Source: Candidatus Brocadiia bacterium (lineage in GTDB: Bacteria; Planctomycetota; Brocadiia; CAIUPP01). From it: 64,000 nucleotides of DNA. The stretch is from positions 21,660-85,659 of the forward strand of contig JBEKCB010000024.1 of the NCBI GenBank assembly GCA_050015075.1, in the 5' to 3' direction. Positions 1 to 13,369 of this stretch are shown here, one piece after another (positions within the stretch are counted from its first letter, which is position 1; each line of letters starts with the position of its first letter). Below the pieces are notes generated by a model. The model worked only from the letters and a program-made list of their open reading frames with translations, searched no databases and was not told the DNA's origin. Position numbers and translations under genes: made by a program.

Positions 1-1
1 G

Positions 2-430
2 CCGAAAGCCGAAATATTCCCATAGAGCCTTCTTGTTCGGGTAGACCGATACGGGCAGTTGAGCCAGTGCCCTGCGTTGCGCCTCGGTCAGCGTCGGCAG
101 GTCTGTCGCTTTGACAAGGCGGCGGAGCGCCGCATCCCGCAGCAACCTGACGGCAGCCAGCCGGCGGTTGCCTTCAACAACGACGAATTTTCCCTTCTGA
201 TCCGGTCTGCCCGTGTCACCGGGTACGATGAAGAGGGGCTCCTCTTCGAAGTACCCGTTGGCCGCGATTGAGAGCGCCACCTCACTGACAGCCATTTCAT
301 CCCAAAGGACCTGAACAAGTTCGTCTTGCGTCTTGGTCTCGCCCATGGCGACAAGTCTCGGGTTTCCGTCATCCAGTAGAAGCGCGTCAACATCCTTGAC
401 CTCGATTCCCAGCGGCTTCAATCGTGCCAT
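2..430 (-). CDS. ParB/Srx N-terminal-domain protein (partial, runs off the window start)
   Basis: Not in the ORF track. Manual translation from ATG 430 (RBS AGGAG): MARLKPLGIEVKDVDALLLDDGNPRL...SIAANGYFEEEPL...KFVVVEGNRRLAAVRLL...YFGFR. LLLDxxNPR and VVEGNRR are typical ParB/Srx motifs. Confidence 0.75.
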   Translation of the reverse strand, partial: MARLKPLGIEVKDVDALLLDDGNPRLVAMGETKTQDELVQVLWDEMAVSEVALSIAANGYFEEEPLFIVPGDTGRPDQKGKFVVVEGNRRLAAVRLLRDAALRRLVKATDLPTLTEAQRRALAQLPVSVYPNKKALWEYFGFR

Positions 431-647
431 AAAAACTCCTCTCTGCGTATATTCCACGGTGAATTCTACGGAACAACGGGGTCGAATGCAACATCTCGCC
501 GAGTTCCCCTGGAACGCACCCGGCGTCATTTTGCACTCCGCACTCGTCGGGTTCCTCCTCCGCTTCCCGCATTCGGCGCTCCTGCCTTCATTGAAGCTGC
601 GGCGAACGGGTCGGTAATTACGGATTCGGAATTTTTGAAAAATTCTC

Positions 648-685
648 TTGACACGCAGCGTTTACTGTGGTAGATTTACCACGGT
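648..685 (+). promoter_or_regulatory. sigma70 promoter of the blaI-like operon with an overlapping inverted repeat (candidate operator)
   Basis: TTGACA(648)-17 nt-TAGATT(671) with an extended -10 TG; inverted repeat ACTGTGGTA-gatt-TACCACGGT (664-685) covers the -10 box. Confidence 0.6.
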
Positions 686-717
686 GTGTGTAACGGGTCT
701 TTGATGGGAGGCCGCTC

Positions 718-1089
718 ATGGCAAGCGTTCGACTCGGACGTGTGCAGCATCAAATCATGAAGGTGCTCTGGAAGCGAAAGCGGGCCACCGCGCGGGAGAT
801 CACCGAGGCGCTCGCGGGGCAGGGCGCGCCGGTCCACTCCACCGTCCAGACCCTGCTGCGGAAACTCGAGGCGAAGGGCGCGGTCGGCCACCAGGTCAAT
901 GACCGCACGTTCATCTTCTTCCCGCTGGTGACGGAGACGGATGCAGCGCGCTTCGCGCTGCGCGACGTGATCGGGCGCGTGTTCAACGGCTCGCCTTCCG
1001 GCATGGTCGCTTACCTGGTGAAGCACGAGAAGCTCACGCGCAAGGAACTCGATGAGATTAAGAAGGTGATCGAGGAGGCCAAGCCATGA
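718..1089 (+). CDS. BlaI/MecI/CopY family transcriptional repressor
   Basis: IMKVLW...AT.REI...STVQTLLRKLEAKGAV...F.GS...MVAYLV....LT..ELDEI signature; overlaps the M56 gene by 4 nt. Confidence 0.92.
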   Translation: MASVRLGRVQHQIMKVLWKRKRATAREITEALAGQGAPVHSTVQTLLRKLEAKGAVGHQVNDRTFIFFPLVTETDAARFALRDVIGRVFNGSPSGMVAYLVKHEKLTRKELDEIKKVIEEAKP

Positions 1090-3758
1090 ACCTGGATCCG
1101 ACAGGGGCAAGCGGATTCCTCTGCGCGCAAGGGGCGCGATTTCTTCTTCACTCCAGCATCCTTATCGCGGCGGCGCTGCTGCTGGCAAGGCTGTTCGGCA
1201 GGAGCGGCCTGGCGCGGAGCGCCATCTATCGCGCCGCGCTGCTCGCGGTGATCCTCGCGCCGGTCGTATCGTTATCCATAGAGCGGGCCGGGCTGTCCTG
1301 CGCCGTCCGGTTGCCGGCGGCGCCGCTGGCGGCCGTTATGCCGCCGCCGTCGGAGCCCGCGCCGATGGATGCCTCGTCTGACGCGGCTCGCGTCGGAGCG
1401 GTCCCTGGCGCGCCGGCGCGCCTGCCCGTCGCGCCGCCGATGAAGGCAGCGAGCGCGATGCCGAAACCGGCGACGATCATCGCCGCGCTCTGGGCGGCGG
1501 GCGCCGGGCTGCTCGCGGCGTGGTTGCTGATTTCGCACGTCGCGCTCTGGAGAACGCGCCGCCGGAGCGTGCCGGTCAAAGATTCCTCCACTCTCGCCAG
1601 GCTGAGGAGTTTCTGCGAACGGCTGCGAGTGCGCGCGCCGGGGCTGCGGACCAGCCCCGACATCGGCGGGCCGATCCTCACCGGCGCACTGCGGCCGGTC
1701 GTCATCATTCCTCAAGCCCAGGAAGACGATTTGCTCCACGGCGCGCTGGATCGAGTGCTCATGCACGAACTGGCGCACCAGGCGCGGCGGGATTGTCTGT
1801 GGAACTTCCTCGCGCGGGCCGTCCGCGCGGCGGGTTTCTTCCAGCCGCTGCTGTGGGTGCTGGCCCGGCGGCTGGAGGATGCCGGCGAAGACGCGGCCGA
1901 CGACCGGGTGCTGGCGCTGGGCGCCGACGCGAAGGCTTATGCGAGCGACCTGGCCGCAGCGGCAGAGAGGCTTTTGCTCCGGCGGCCGGAATCCGCCGCC
2001 GGGCTCGGCGTCATCCGATTCCGCTCGTCCCTGGGCCGCCGCGTGACGCACGTCCTGGACACGTCGAGACATTGGGTTTCGTCTCTTTCCTGGAAAGCGA
2101 TTGCCATGATCTGCACATTGACCGCGCTCGCCACTGTCCTGACCGCAGCACTCAGTTTTGCCGGGCCCGCGACTGACGCGGCCGCGCCGGCCGTAGGACC
2201 CGGGGCCGGAACGTCCTTGATTCTGTACTTCGCGACGGATGATGACGTGGCCGCTTTGAAGGACAGGCAAGACGTGCAGGAACTCGATTTTTATTGGAAC
2301 CGTTTGTCGGTCCCCGGGATAACATATCTGACGAAAATGAAAGGTCTGCAGAAGCTCCACTTTGTAGGCAACGATTTGAGGGAAGCCGAGTTGAAGCAGT
2401 TGAGCAAAATGCAAGGCTTACGGGAACTCGGATTGGGGTGCAGATGGTTGACGGACACCGGGTTGGAGTACGTGAGCAAAATGCAAGGCTTGCGGGAACT
2501 CGATCTAGATGACAAGAGCGTGACGGACGCCGTTTTGGCCGTCCTGAAAGAGATGAAGGGCCTGCACGTCCTCGGTCTTAAGTTCGCCAATGTGACGGAC
2601 GCCGGGTTGGTGTACCTCAAGCAGATGCCAGCCTTGCAGAAGCTCGATCTGACCGGCACGCCGATCACGGACGCCGGGCTGGAACATCTGAAAGAGATGC
2701 AAAGCTTGGAAGCGCTCGATCTCGGTGGCACGAAAGTTACGGATGCGGGGTTGGCGGAACTTGTGCAGTTGAAAAACCTGAAAACGCTCAAACTCACGGT
2801 CAGGACAATTGGTGACGCGGGCATGGCGACCTTGAGGCAGATCAGGTCCCTGCGGAACCTCGATCTGTTTGCCACTCAGGTGACGGATTCGGGGTTGGAG
2901 CAACTGAAGGAGATGAAAGACTTGCGGTCACTTAATCTCATGGGCACGAAGGTGACGGACGCCGGCTTGCAGTATCTGATGCAGATGAAAGGTCTGCAGA
3001 CGCTGTCGCTTACTCAAACAAAGGTGACTGACGCTGGGTTGGCGTATCTCAAGGAGTTGACGAGCCTGCAACAGCTCGATCTCACCGGGTTGAAGGTCAC
3101 GGACATCGGCTTGGCGAACCTCAAGGATATGAAAGACATGCGGGACCTTAAGCTGGGTTCGACCCAGGTGACGGACGCCGGGTTGGTGAACCTGAAGGAG
3201 ATGAAAGAGATGCGTGATCTCGACCTGGATGGTCTTACCCAGGTGACGGGCGCCGGGCTGGCGAACCTGGAGGAGATGACACTCCTGCAGTCCCTCCAAC
3301 TTGATAACACTCATGTGGCAGACGCCGGGTTGGAGCACCTGAAGCATATGAAGAAGCTGCAATCGCTCTCGCTCAGTGGCACAAAGGTGACGGACGCCGG
3401 CTTGGTGAACTTGAAGGAAATGGACAGCCTGTGGCAGCTCGAATTGGCGGACACCCAGGTGACGGGCGCTGGGTTGGCGGACCTGAAGGAGATGAAGAGT
3501 TTGCAATCGCTCAATCTCGTCGGCACCCAGGTGACGGATGTCGGGTTGGCGAGCTTGAAGGATATCAAAGGCCTGAAGTGGCTCATGCTGTCGGGCACGA
3601 AGGTGACGGACGGCGCGTTAGCTTATCTGAAGGATATGAAAGGCCTGGAGTATATCGGTTTGGCTAACACCCAGGTAACCGCCGCCGGCTTGCTGGACCT
3701 GAGCCAAGCGCTGCCCAATACGCAAATAGATATAGGCATACATCAGAGAGAACCGTAG
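1086..3758 (+). CDS. BlaR1-like M56 metallopeptidase with a C-terminal leucine-rich-repeat domain (20 x 24-aa LRRs)
   Basis: N-terminal TM helices, HELAH zinc motif, E.AADD, then a TM helix and 20 repeats of LxxLxLxxTxVTDAGLxxLxxM. Confidence 0.9.
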   Translation: MNLDPTGASGFLCAQGARFLLHSSILIAAALLLARLFGRSGLARSAIYRAALLAVILAPVVSLSIERAGLSCAVRLPAAPLAAVMPPPSEPAPMDASSDAARVGAVPGAPARLPVAPPMKAASAMPKPATIIAALWAAGAGLLAAWLLISHVALWRTRRRSVPVKDSSTLARLRSFCERLRVRAPGLRTSPDIGGPILTGALRPVVIIPQAQEDDLLHGALDRVLMHELAHQARRDCLWNFLARAVRAAGFFQPLLWVLARRLEDAGEDAADDRVLALGADAKAYASDLAAAAERLLLRRPESAAGLGVIRFRSSLGRRVTHVLDTSRHWVSSLSWKAIAMICTLTALATVLTAALSFAGPATDAAAPAVGPGAGTSLILYFATDDDVAALKDRQDVQELDFYWNRLSVPGITYLTKMKGLQKLHFVGNDLREAELKQLSKMQGLRELGLGCRWLTDTGLEYVSKMQGLRELDLDDKSVTDAVLAVLKEMKGLHVLGLKFANVTDAGLVYLKQMPALQKLDLTGTPITDAGLEHLKEMQSLEALDLGGTKVTDAGLAELVQLKNLKTLKLTVRTIGDAGMATLRQIRSLRNLDLFATQVTDSGLEQLKEMKDLRSLNLMGTKVTDAGLQYLMQMKGLQTLSLTQTKVTDAGLAYLKELTSLQQLDLTGLKVTDIGLANLKDMKDMRDLKLGSTQVTDAGLVNLKEMKEMRDLDLDGLTQVTGAGLANLEEMTLLQSLQLDNTHVADAGLEHLKHMKKLQSLSLSGTKVTDAGLVNLKEMDSLWQLELADTQVTGAGLADLKEMKSLQSLNLVGTQVTDVGLASLKDIKGLKWLMLSGTKVTDGALAYLKDMKGLEYIGLANTQVTAAGLLDLSQALPNTQIDIGIHQREP

Positions 3759-3928
3759 CCCGGCGTTGGCAAGGAAGGACAACGCGTAAACGTCCTCGCG
3801 CCCGACGAAACCACGCGCAAGGACGGGAACATGGTTTGACCGGTCAACAGCTTGTTCACCGGGCGCGCTGATGGGGGCATCGGCACGCCCGGTGCGGGTG
3901 GCCGCTGCCTTCAGCTTCTCATCCCACA

Positions 3929-3964
3929 CTCCCGCCTTCGCTAAAGCTACGGCGGGCAAGCCGC
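3929..3964. repeat. Short REP-like palindromic element
   Basis: CTCCCGCCTTCGCTAAAGCTACGGCGGGCAAGCCGC; its exact reverse complement occurs at 13370-13465, split by a 60-bp insert. Confidence 0.7.
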
Positions 3965-4082
3965 GCTCATCGGTTCATCTTCCGCTTTCCGCATTCGCCA
4001 ATCGGCATTCGGCAATTACGTCGGTTGCCTTCAGCCGCCCGACAGGCCATAATACTCGGGGCGCAATTCTTAAGGAGCCTTG

Positions 4083-6278
4083 ATGAGCGAGCAACCTTCG
4101 TCCGCCGGGTTCGCGGAAGAGTTCCTGGCGCTGGCCCGCGAGCGCGAGTTCGATAAGCTGGAAGCGGCCTGGATGCAGCGCCTGGAGCGGCTCGGCGCCG
4201 GCGATGCGCCGGAGCTTTTCGCCGTGGCCGAGTACCTGGTCCGCAAGAAACACTCCGACCAGGCGGCGCTGCTGCTCTGGTCGCTGGTGGCCGCGGTCGC
4301 CGAGAAGGGCGACCTGCGCGAGGCGCTTCACGTGGCGGGCCGCGCGGCGGCGATCGCGCCCGATGCGCCGGCGCTCCGCGAGGAATTGATCTCGCTCTAC
4401 AAGCGGTCCGCGCCCGACGTGCCGGAGTTCGACGCGATCATCGAGGCCGCGGGCCTGCGGACCGGGAATGTCGCCGAGGCGGTCCACTGCGTCGAGGAAT
4501 GCCTGAAACTCCGGCCGGGGACGTTCGTGATCCACGTCCGGTCGCGGCGCATCGGCCGCGTGATCGAGTTTCAGCGCGACGGGTTCGCGGTCGAGTCGGA
4601 AAAGACCGTCCAGGTCCTGCCGCCGGCGCAGGTGCTTTCGCAGTGGGAGCAGGTGGACGCGGCGGATTTCCGCGCGATGGCGGCGTTCGATCCGGAGGGG
4701 CTGCGCCGGTTGGCGGCCGAGGACCCGGCGCGGCTGGTGGAGCGGGCGCTGCGGGTGTGCGGCGGGCGGGCGGACTTCAAGCAGCTCAAGGCGATGCTGA
4801 TCCCGGGCGTGATCCCGGCCGAAGGCTGGAGCGCGTGGTGGAACTCGGTGCGGGTGGGCCTCAAGCGCAACCCGCTGATCGAGGTCTCCGAGGGGACTCA
4901 GCCGCAGTTCGCGCTGCGGGCGGCGGAGGTCGGCTACGCGGACCGGCTGCGGGCCGCGTTCGCGCAGGCGGACCTGTTCGCGCGGGTGAAGATGGTCCTG
5001 GCTTACCTGGCCGAGGTCGAGGCTGGCCACGAGGGCGATCCGGCGCTGGCGGCGGAATGGGGCGGCGAGCTGCTGCGCGCGGGGCGCGAGGCGGCGGACG
5101 CCACCTCGGCGCTGGCGGCGCTCGCGGCGGCGGAGGAGGTTCGCGCGCGCTACGGCCAGGCGCCCGACCCCCGGCCCGACCTGGCGCGCATTGCCGCCGG
5201 CGTGGAGCCGGTGGCGCTGATCCAGAACGCGCCTTCGGAGGAGATCGCGCGCGCTGTGCTGGAATCGCTCAAGGACGCCTGCCCGGACCGCTTTCCCGAT
5301 CTCATCGCGGCCGCGTTTCCGGCCGCCTCGCTGCGCCTGTGCGACTGGATCAACCGCGAGCTGACGCGCGCCGGGCGACTTGAGTTGCTCGCGGCGGCCT
5401 GCGAGAAGACGGCGGCGACGCCGGATCAGTATCCGGAGGCGTTCGGCTGGGTCTGGCGATGGCTCCTGTCGTCGGAGGAATCCGCGCCGGGGCGGCTGGA
5501 CCGCGTTTCCGCCACCGTGTCGCTGCTGGAGCTGATGAACCGCCTGCCGCGCGTGCCGCGGCAGGAAGGCAAGCGGGCCGAGTCGCGCGAGATCCTCGGC
5601 AAGCTGCGCAGCCTGATCCAGGGCGGCGATTGCCGGCTGGCGCGGGCGGTGATCGGCGGGACCGATACTGCGGCCGCGCGCCGGCTGCACGAGGTGATCG
5701 TCTCGAATGAAGGCCTCCCGGGCGAGACGCGGCTGGACCTGCTCAACGCGCTGCGCGAGCGGCATCCGGAGGAGTTCGCGGAGAAGAGGAATCTCTGGGA
5801 AGACGGCTGGGTTTATTCCAGCGCCGCGGGGCTCGCGCGACGCGAGGCGGAGATGGAGAAGCTGGTCAACGTGGAGCTGCTGCGGAACTCGCAGGAAATC
5901 GGCAAGGCCGCCTCGCGCGGCGACCTGAGCGAGAACTCGGAGTTCACCGCAGCCCTCGAAGAGCGCGACCGGCTGACCGAGCGCGCCAACAGCATGCGCG
6001 ACGAACTCCGGCACGCGCGCACGCTGGACCCGGCCGCGGTCTCCGGCCTGGAGGTCAACGTCGGCACCACCGTGCACCTGCGCAACGTGACCACCGGGCG
6101 GGAGCGCAGCGCGACGTTCCTCGGCCCGTGGGACGCCGACCTGCCGCGGCACATCTATTCCTATCTCGCCCCGCTGAGCGGCCGGTTCATGGGCAAGAAG
6201 AAAGGCGAACACGTCCGCGCCTCGTTCGACGAGGGCGAGGCGGAGTACGAAATCGTGTCGATCGAGAAAGCCGTATGA
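4083..6278 (+). CDS. greA: Long-form GreA/GreB transcription elongation factor (large helical N-terminal extension)
   Basis: C-terminal ~155 aa carry the Gre motifs GDLSENSEF, V.VGT.V.L and GPWDAD....YSYLAPL...MGKK.GE. Confidence 0.85.
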   Translation: MSEQPSSAGFAEEFLALAREREFDKLEAAWMQRLERLGAGDAPELFAVAEYLVRKKHSDQAALLLWSLVAAVAEKGDLREALHVAGRAAAIAPDAPALREELISLYKRSAPDVPEFDAIIEAAGLRTGNVAEAVHCVEECLKLRPGTFVIHVRSRRIGRVIEFQRDGFAVESEKTVQVLPPAQVLSQWEQVDAADFRAMAAFDPEGLRRLAAEDPARLVERALRVCGGRADFKQLKAMLIPGVIPAEGWSAWWNSVRVGLKRNPLIEVSEGTQPQFALRAAEVGYADRLRAAFAQADLFARVKMVLAYLAEVEAGHEGDPALAAEWGGELLRAGREAADATSALAALAAAEEVRARYGQAPDPRPDLARIAAGVEPVALIQNAPSEEIARAVLESLKDACPDRFPDLIAAAFPAASLRLCDWINRELTRAGRLELLAAACEKTAATPDQYPEAFGWVWRWLLSSEESAPGRLDRVSATVSLLELMNRLPRVPRQEGKRAESREILGKLRSLIQGGDCRLARAVIGGTDTAAARRLHEVIVSNEGLPGETRLDLLNALRERHPEEFAEKRNLWEDGWVYSSAAGLARREAEMEKLVNVELLRNSQEIGKAASRGDLSENSEFTAALEERDRLTERANSMRDELRHARTLDPAAVSGLEVNVGTTVHLRNVTTGRERSATFLGPWDADLPRHIYSYLAPLSGRFMGKKKGEHVRASFDEGEAEYEIVSIEKAV

Positions 6279-6284
6279 GCAGCA

Positions 6285-6313
6285 TTGACACCGGCGGCGC
6301 GGCGGCATAGAAT
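6285..6313 (+). promoter_or_regulatory. sigma70 promoter
   Basis: TTGACA-17 nt-TAGAAT upstream of the 6352 ORF. Confidence 0.65.
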
Positions 6314-6351
6314 AAATGTACTGCATTTCTTGGACGTTCTGAGGGTCCCCC

Positions 6352-7119
6352 ATGCAAGTCACGTGCAGTTGCGGCAAAGTACTTAACGTGCCCGATAAGC
6401 TCGCCGGCAAGAGCGCCCGCTGTCCCGCCTGCAAGAAGATTTTCCAGATGCCCGGCGCAGCGCCGGCGGGCCCGTTGCCTTCGAGGATAACGGTGACGTG
6501 CTCGTGCGGGAAAAAACTGGCCGCGCCGGCCACCGCGGCCGGCAAGAAGGTGCTCTGTCCGAAGTGCAACCAGGAAATCACCGTGCCCGCCCCGGCGAGG
6601 AAGCCGTCGTCGCCGGTGATCAAGCCCATGCCGCCCCCGGCGTCGTACGCGTCGGCGCCGGCCGCGCCGCAGAAACCCGCCGCGGCTCCGAAGGAAGACC
6701 TGTCCTTCGCTATCGAGGCGCCGCCTCCGGACCCGGTCATGCAGGAGCCGGTGGTCGCGGATGCGCCGAGCGGCCATGCGGAGAGGGCGGAATACGGCCT
6801 CGGCAATCCCAAGTGCCCAAGCTGCAAGGCGGACATGCCGCACGGCGCGCAGTTCTGCGTCGAGTGCGGCACGGCCCTCGCGACCGGCACGAAAGTCAAG
6901 AGCGCGGCGCCGGCATCAAAGACGAAAAAGAAATTTGAGATGGACGACGAGACCCGGAAAAAGCTCATCTACGGCGCCATTGCGCTGGTCGTGATCGGCC
7001 TGTTGATCTGGTGGGTCAACAAGCCGCACGGACTGACCGAGGAGGAGATGCGGGCGGCGGCCCGCTCTTCGGATCGGGCGCCGGCGGGAAAGCCCAAAGC
7101 GAACCCGATTTCGGAATGA
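6352..7119 (+). CDS. Multi zinc-ribbon membrane-anchored protein
   Basis: Two CSCGK...CPxC ribbons, a Pro-rich linker, CPSC...FCVECG and a C-terminal TM helix. Confidence 0.75.
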   Translation: MQVTCSCGKVLNVPDKLAGKSARCPACKKIFQMPGAAPAGPLPSRITVTCSCGKKLAAPATAAGKKVLCPKCNQEITVPAPARKPSSPVIKPMPPPASYASAPAAPQKPAAAPKEDLSFAIEAPPPDPVMQEPVVADAPSGHAERAEYGLGNPKCPSCKADMPHGAQFCVECGTALATGTKVKSAAPASKTKKKFEMDDETRKKLIYGAIALVVIGLLIWWVNKPHGLTEEEMRAAARSSDRAPAGKPKANPISE

Positions 7120-7153
7120 GCGCCGTCGCCGGCCGTCGTTCCGAGTCCGCAGA

Positions 7154-8146
7154 TTACTCGTGCAATTCGACCACGTCCTTGTCCTGCAGGAGGTGGTCGC
7201 GCTTCACGTAGATGCCCTCGTACTTCCCGCTGCCCCAGATGCGCGCCGACTTGAGGGTCTGCTCGAACTCCCGGTGCACGCTGATCGCGAGCTGGAGGAC
7301 GGTGCTCCCGGCCGGCAGCGTGTAGGGCGCGGCGAGGTCGGCCTTCTTGCCCGGCTCCTTGGTGTAGACGCGGATCAGCCGCAGGAAATCGAAGAGCCGC
7401 GCCGGCAGCGCCTGGAGCCCTTCGCCCATCGCGCCGGAGACCGGCCAGATCTCGAACCGGCCCGAGTAGAACTCGCGCAGCACCTCGAGCCGGTCCGTCG
7501 CGCCGGGCAGGTCCATCTTGTTGGCGACGATGGCGGTGCGCCGGAACGTGCGGAGGTCTTCGTCAGCACCAGCGGGCGCCTCGCCGACGATGCAGACTTT
7601 CACCGCCTCCAGCCGGCGGATGACGACCTCCAGCGCGTCGAGCAGCCCCTCGTCGCCGAGGTCCGCGACGAGCAGCGCGGCATCGGCCCGGCGGACGAGG
7701 TCGGGCAGCCAGACCTCGAAATAATCCTCCGTCACGGCGGGCGTGTCCACCAGTTGGATCTGGACGTCCTCGAAGCGCGCCATGCCCGGCTGCGGGACCT
7801 GCGTGGTGAAAGGGTATTCGGCCACCACGACGGTGGCGTTCGTGAGCGACTTGAGCAACTGCGACTTGCCGGCGTTCGGCGGGCCGAGCAGGATCACCTG
7901 GCCGGCGCCGCCTTTCTCGATCTTGTAGACCGGCGCGGCGCGCTTGCCGGCGGCGTGGCCTTCCACCTGCTCCCGGCGCAGTTGCGCCAGCCGGTGCTTC
8001 AGGTCCGCCTGCATGTGGTCGGTGCCCTTGTGCTTCGGGATCAGGGCGAGCATGTTCTCCATGCAGGCGATCTTTTCCTCGATCGTCCTGGCGGCCTTGA
8101 ACTCCTTCTCGGCCTTGATGTATTGCGGCGTGAGATTTGCGGGCAT
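7154..8146 (-). CDS. DRG/RBG1-like OBG-family GTPase with TGS domain
   Basis: MPANLTPQY start, PKHKGT, GPPNAGKS (G1), YPFTT (G2), DTP, NKMD (G4), C-terminal TGS domain (RVYTK...ARIWG...DVVELH). Confidence 0.9.
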   Translation of the reverse strand: MPANLTPQYIKAEKEFKAARTIEEKIACMENMLALIPKHKGTDHMQADLKHRLAQLRREQVEGHAAGKRAAPVYKIEKGGAGQVILLGPPNAGKSQLLKSLTNATVVVAEYPFTTQVPQPGMARFEDVQIQLVDTPAVTEDYFEVWLPDLVRRADAALLVADLGDEGLLDALEVVIRRLEAVKVCIVGEAPAGADEDLRTFRRTAIVANKMDLPGATDRLEVLREFYSGRFEIWPVSGAMGEGLQALPARLFDFLRLIRVYTKEPGKKADLAAPYTLPAGSTVLQLAISVHREFEQTLKSARIWGSGKYEGIYVKRDHLLQDKDVVELHE

Positions 8147-8249
8147 GGCCTCGGGTCCCGGGTCGAGCGCGGTTTCGCCGGTTATTCTACAAGAAACCGC
8201 GCGCCATGCAAGCCGGATGAAAGCGCGAAGGCAGGGGAAACTTTTCGAT

Positions 8250-8278
8250 TTGCAATCTTCAGCCGGAAATGTTACGAT
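8250..8278 (+). promoter_or_regulatory. sigma70 promoter of rpsO-pnp
   Basis: TTGCAA-17 nt-TACGAT. Confidence 0.5.
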
Positions 8279-8365
8279 TTTTCCTAATGTGAACTAATGG
8301 AAAGAGGAGGCCGGCGACTGCAAGGTTAAGCCATAGAGCGCAGGGAAAGGTTCGGGGTCCGCGGG

Positions 8366-8638
8366 ATGAAGGTGGAAGAAGTGGCAAAGAAGCAGACGAC
8401 GATCGAGGAGTACCGGCGGCACGACTTGGACACCGGCTCGGCCGAGGTCCAGGTGGCGCTGATCACGGCGCGCATTGAGCACCTCATGGAGCATCTCAAG
8501 TCGCACAAGAAGGACCATGCCTCGCGTCGGGGGCTGCTCAAGATGGTGGGGCACAGGGCGCATTTGCTCAAGCACCTTTCGGCGGCGTCGCCCGACCGGT
8601 ATCAGGCCGTCATCGAGCGGCTGGGGCTGCGGCGCTAA
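8366..8638 (+). CDS. rpsO: 30S ribosomal protein S15
   Basis: [36 protein letters not shown]; followed by pnp. Confidence 0.97.
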   Translation: MKVEEVAKKQTTIEEYRRHDLDTGSAEVQVALITARIEHLMEHLKSHKKDHASRRGLLKMVGHRAHLLKHLSAASPDRYQAVIERLGLRR

Positions 8639-8818
8639 CGTCCGCGCCCGCCCGCGCACATTCGGGTCTTTACCGTTTCCCCGCAGGATTTCCCGACGCT
8701 CCCGCTCCATTTCCGTGGCTCAGGTTGCAGATTTCGATTCCGCGCCGCCGGCCTTCCGAGGCAGGCGGATCGCCGGAGTCCGGCAGGCAAGGCAAGAAGA
8801 AAGGCAGGAGAGGAAGGA

Positions 8819-10918
<2,100 letters not shown>

Positions 10919-10921
10919 GAG

Positions 10922-11072
10922 GCGGAAGGCAGAGTGCGGAATGCAGAGGACCGAATGAGGAATGGGTCGGGCTGCGCCGGAGTCGGCGCGCTCCGCGCGC
11001 AATAGTTCCGGCGAAGCCGGGTCCTGGCTCAACTCTGCAATCTTCAATCGGCACTCTGCATTCTGCACTCTT
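10922..11072. repeat. Intergenic inverted element built from ~7-mer repeats
   Basis: GCAGAGTGCGGAATGCAGAG arm and CTCTGCATTCTGCACTCT arm. Related heptamer tracts lie at 3975-4015, 29866-29920 and 63403-63497. Confidence 0.5.
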
Positions 11073-11083
11073 GCAGTAGTCCC

Positions 11084-11848
11084 ATGGATTCCAACCCGAA
11101 TCAGGAAGCCGAGGCGCAGGAACAGGCGCGCCGCGCCGAGCAGCTCGCCTACGCCGGCACGCTCGCCGGCGGCCTGATCCACGAGATCAAGAACCCGCTC
11201 ACCAGCCTGAGCATGAACCTGCAATTGCTCCAGGAGGACTGGCGCCACCCGAAGACGCCCGAGGAGCGCCGCGCGCTCAAGCGCATCCAGACGCTGCTCG
11301 AGGAGACCAACCGCCTCAACGGCATCCTGGACGAGTTCCTCGACTTCATCCGCGACCAGGCGTTGCGCCTGGCCGTCTGCGACGTGAACCGCCTCGTCGA
11401 GAGCGTGGCGACCTTCGTCACGCCGGAGATGGAGGCGCGCGGCATCCAGCTCCGCACCAGCCTCGGCCTGCTCCCGATGACGCGCGTGGACGAGAACCGC
11501 ATCAAGCAGGTCCTCCTCAACCTGCTGCTCAACGCCGCGCAGGCGATGCAGGACGGCCGCCCGCGGGAGATTATCGTGAGGACCAGCGCCGAGGACCAGA
11601 AGATCCGCATGGACGTGACCGACACCGGCCGCGGGATTCCCAAGGGCGACCTGGAGAAAATCTTCCGGGTCTTTCACACGAAGTCGAAAGGCGGCCTGGG
11701 GCTCGGCCTGCCGCTGGCGCGCCGGATCGTCGAGGAGCACGGCGGCCGCCTGACCGTCGAGAGCGAGCCGGGCCGCGGCAGCCGGTTCAGCGTGCTGCTG
11801 CCCATCCGCTCCGCCGAAGCCGCGCCCCAACCCGCGCGGGAATCGTAG
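11084..11848 (+). CDS. Cytoplasmic histidine kinase (HisKA + HATPase, no sensor domain)
   Basis: HEIKNPL H-box, NLLLNA N-box, DTGRGI and GLGLGL G-boxes; no TM segment. Confidence 0.92.
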   Translation: MDSNPNQEAEAQEQARRAEQLAYAGTLAGGLIHEIKNPLTSLSMNLQLLQEDWRHPKTPEERRALKRIQTLLEETNRLNGILDEFLDFIRDQALRLAVCDVNRLVESVATFVTPEMEARGIQLRTSLGLLPMTRVDENRIKQVLLNLLLNAAQAMQDGRPREIIVRTSAEDQKIRMDVTDTGRGIPKGDLEKIFRVFHTKSKGGLGLGLPLARRIVEEHGGRLTVESEPGRGSRFSVLLPIRSAEAAPQPARES

Positions 11849-11857
11849 CCGTGTTTT

Positions 11858-11949
11858 TCACCACAACGACACGACGAGCACGACGTACGGCAACGTAACT
11901 TGCTGCTGTATTGCGAGTTCCGTCTTGTTCATCGTGCTCGTCGTGGTGA
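11858..11949. repeat. Palindromic ACGACG-family intergenic element, copy 1
   Basis: TCACCACAACGACACGACGAGCACGACG...CGTGCTCGTCGTGGTGA; homologous to 19770-19856 and 23181-23329. Confidence 0.7.
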
Positions 11950-11981
11950 GTGTGCGTTGCAGTTGAAGATGAGGAGTGCGC

Positions 11982-13367
<1,386 letters not shown>

Positions 13368-13369
13368 GT

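Noticed and set aside
2270-3700. 72-bp DNA periodicity considered as a non-coding repeat array
   Set aside because: Fully explained by the 24-aa LRR coding repeats.
3975-6968. 997-aa minus-strand ORF and similar long antisense ORFs (8720-11830, 11787-13502, 15036-16574, 39059-41434, 47811-49643)
   Set aside because: Shadow ORFs opposite well-supported genes, expected at high GC; Arg/Ala-rich with no recognisable motifs.
8640-8818. Possible structured RNA between rpsO and pnp
   Set aside because: Only generic GC-rich pairing is visible; no family-specific motif could be supported.
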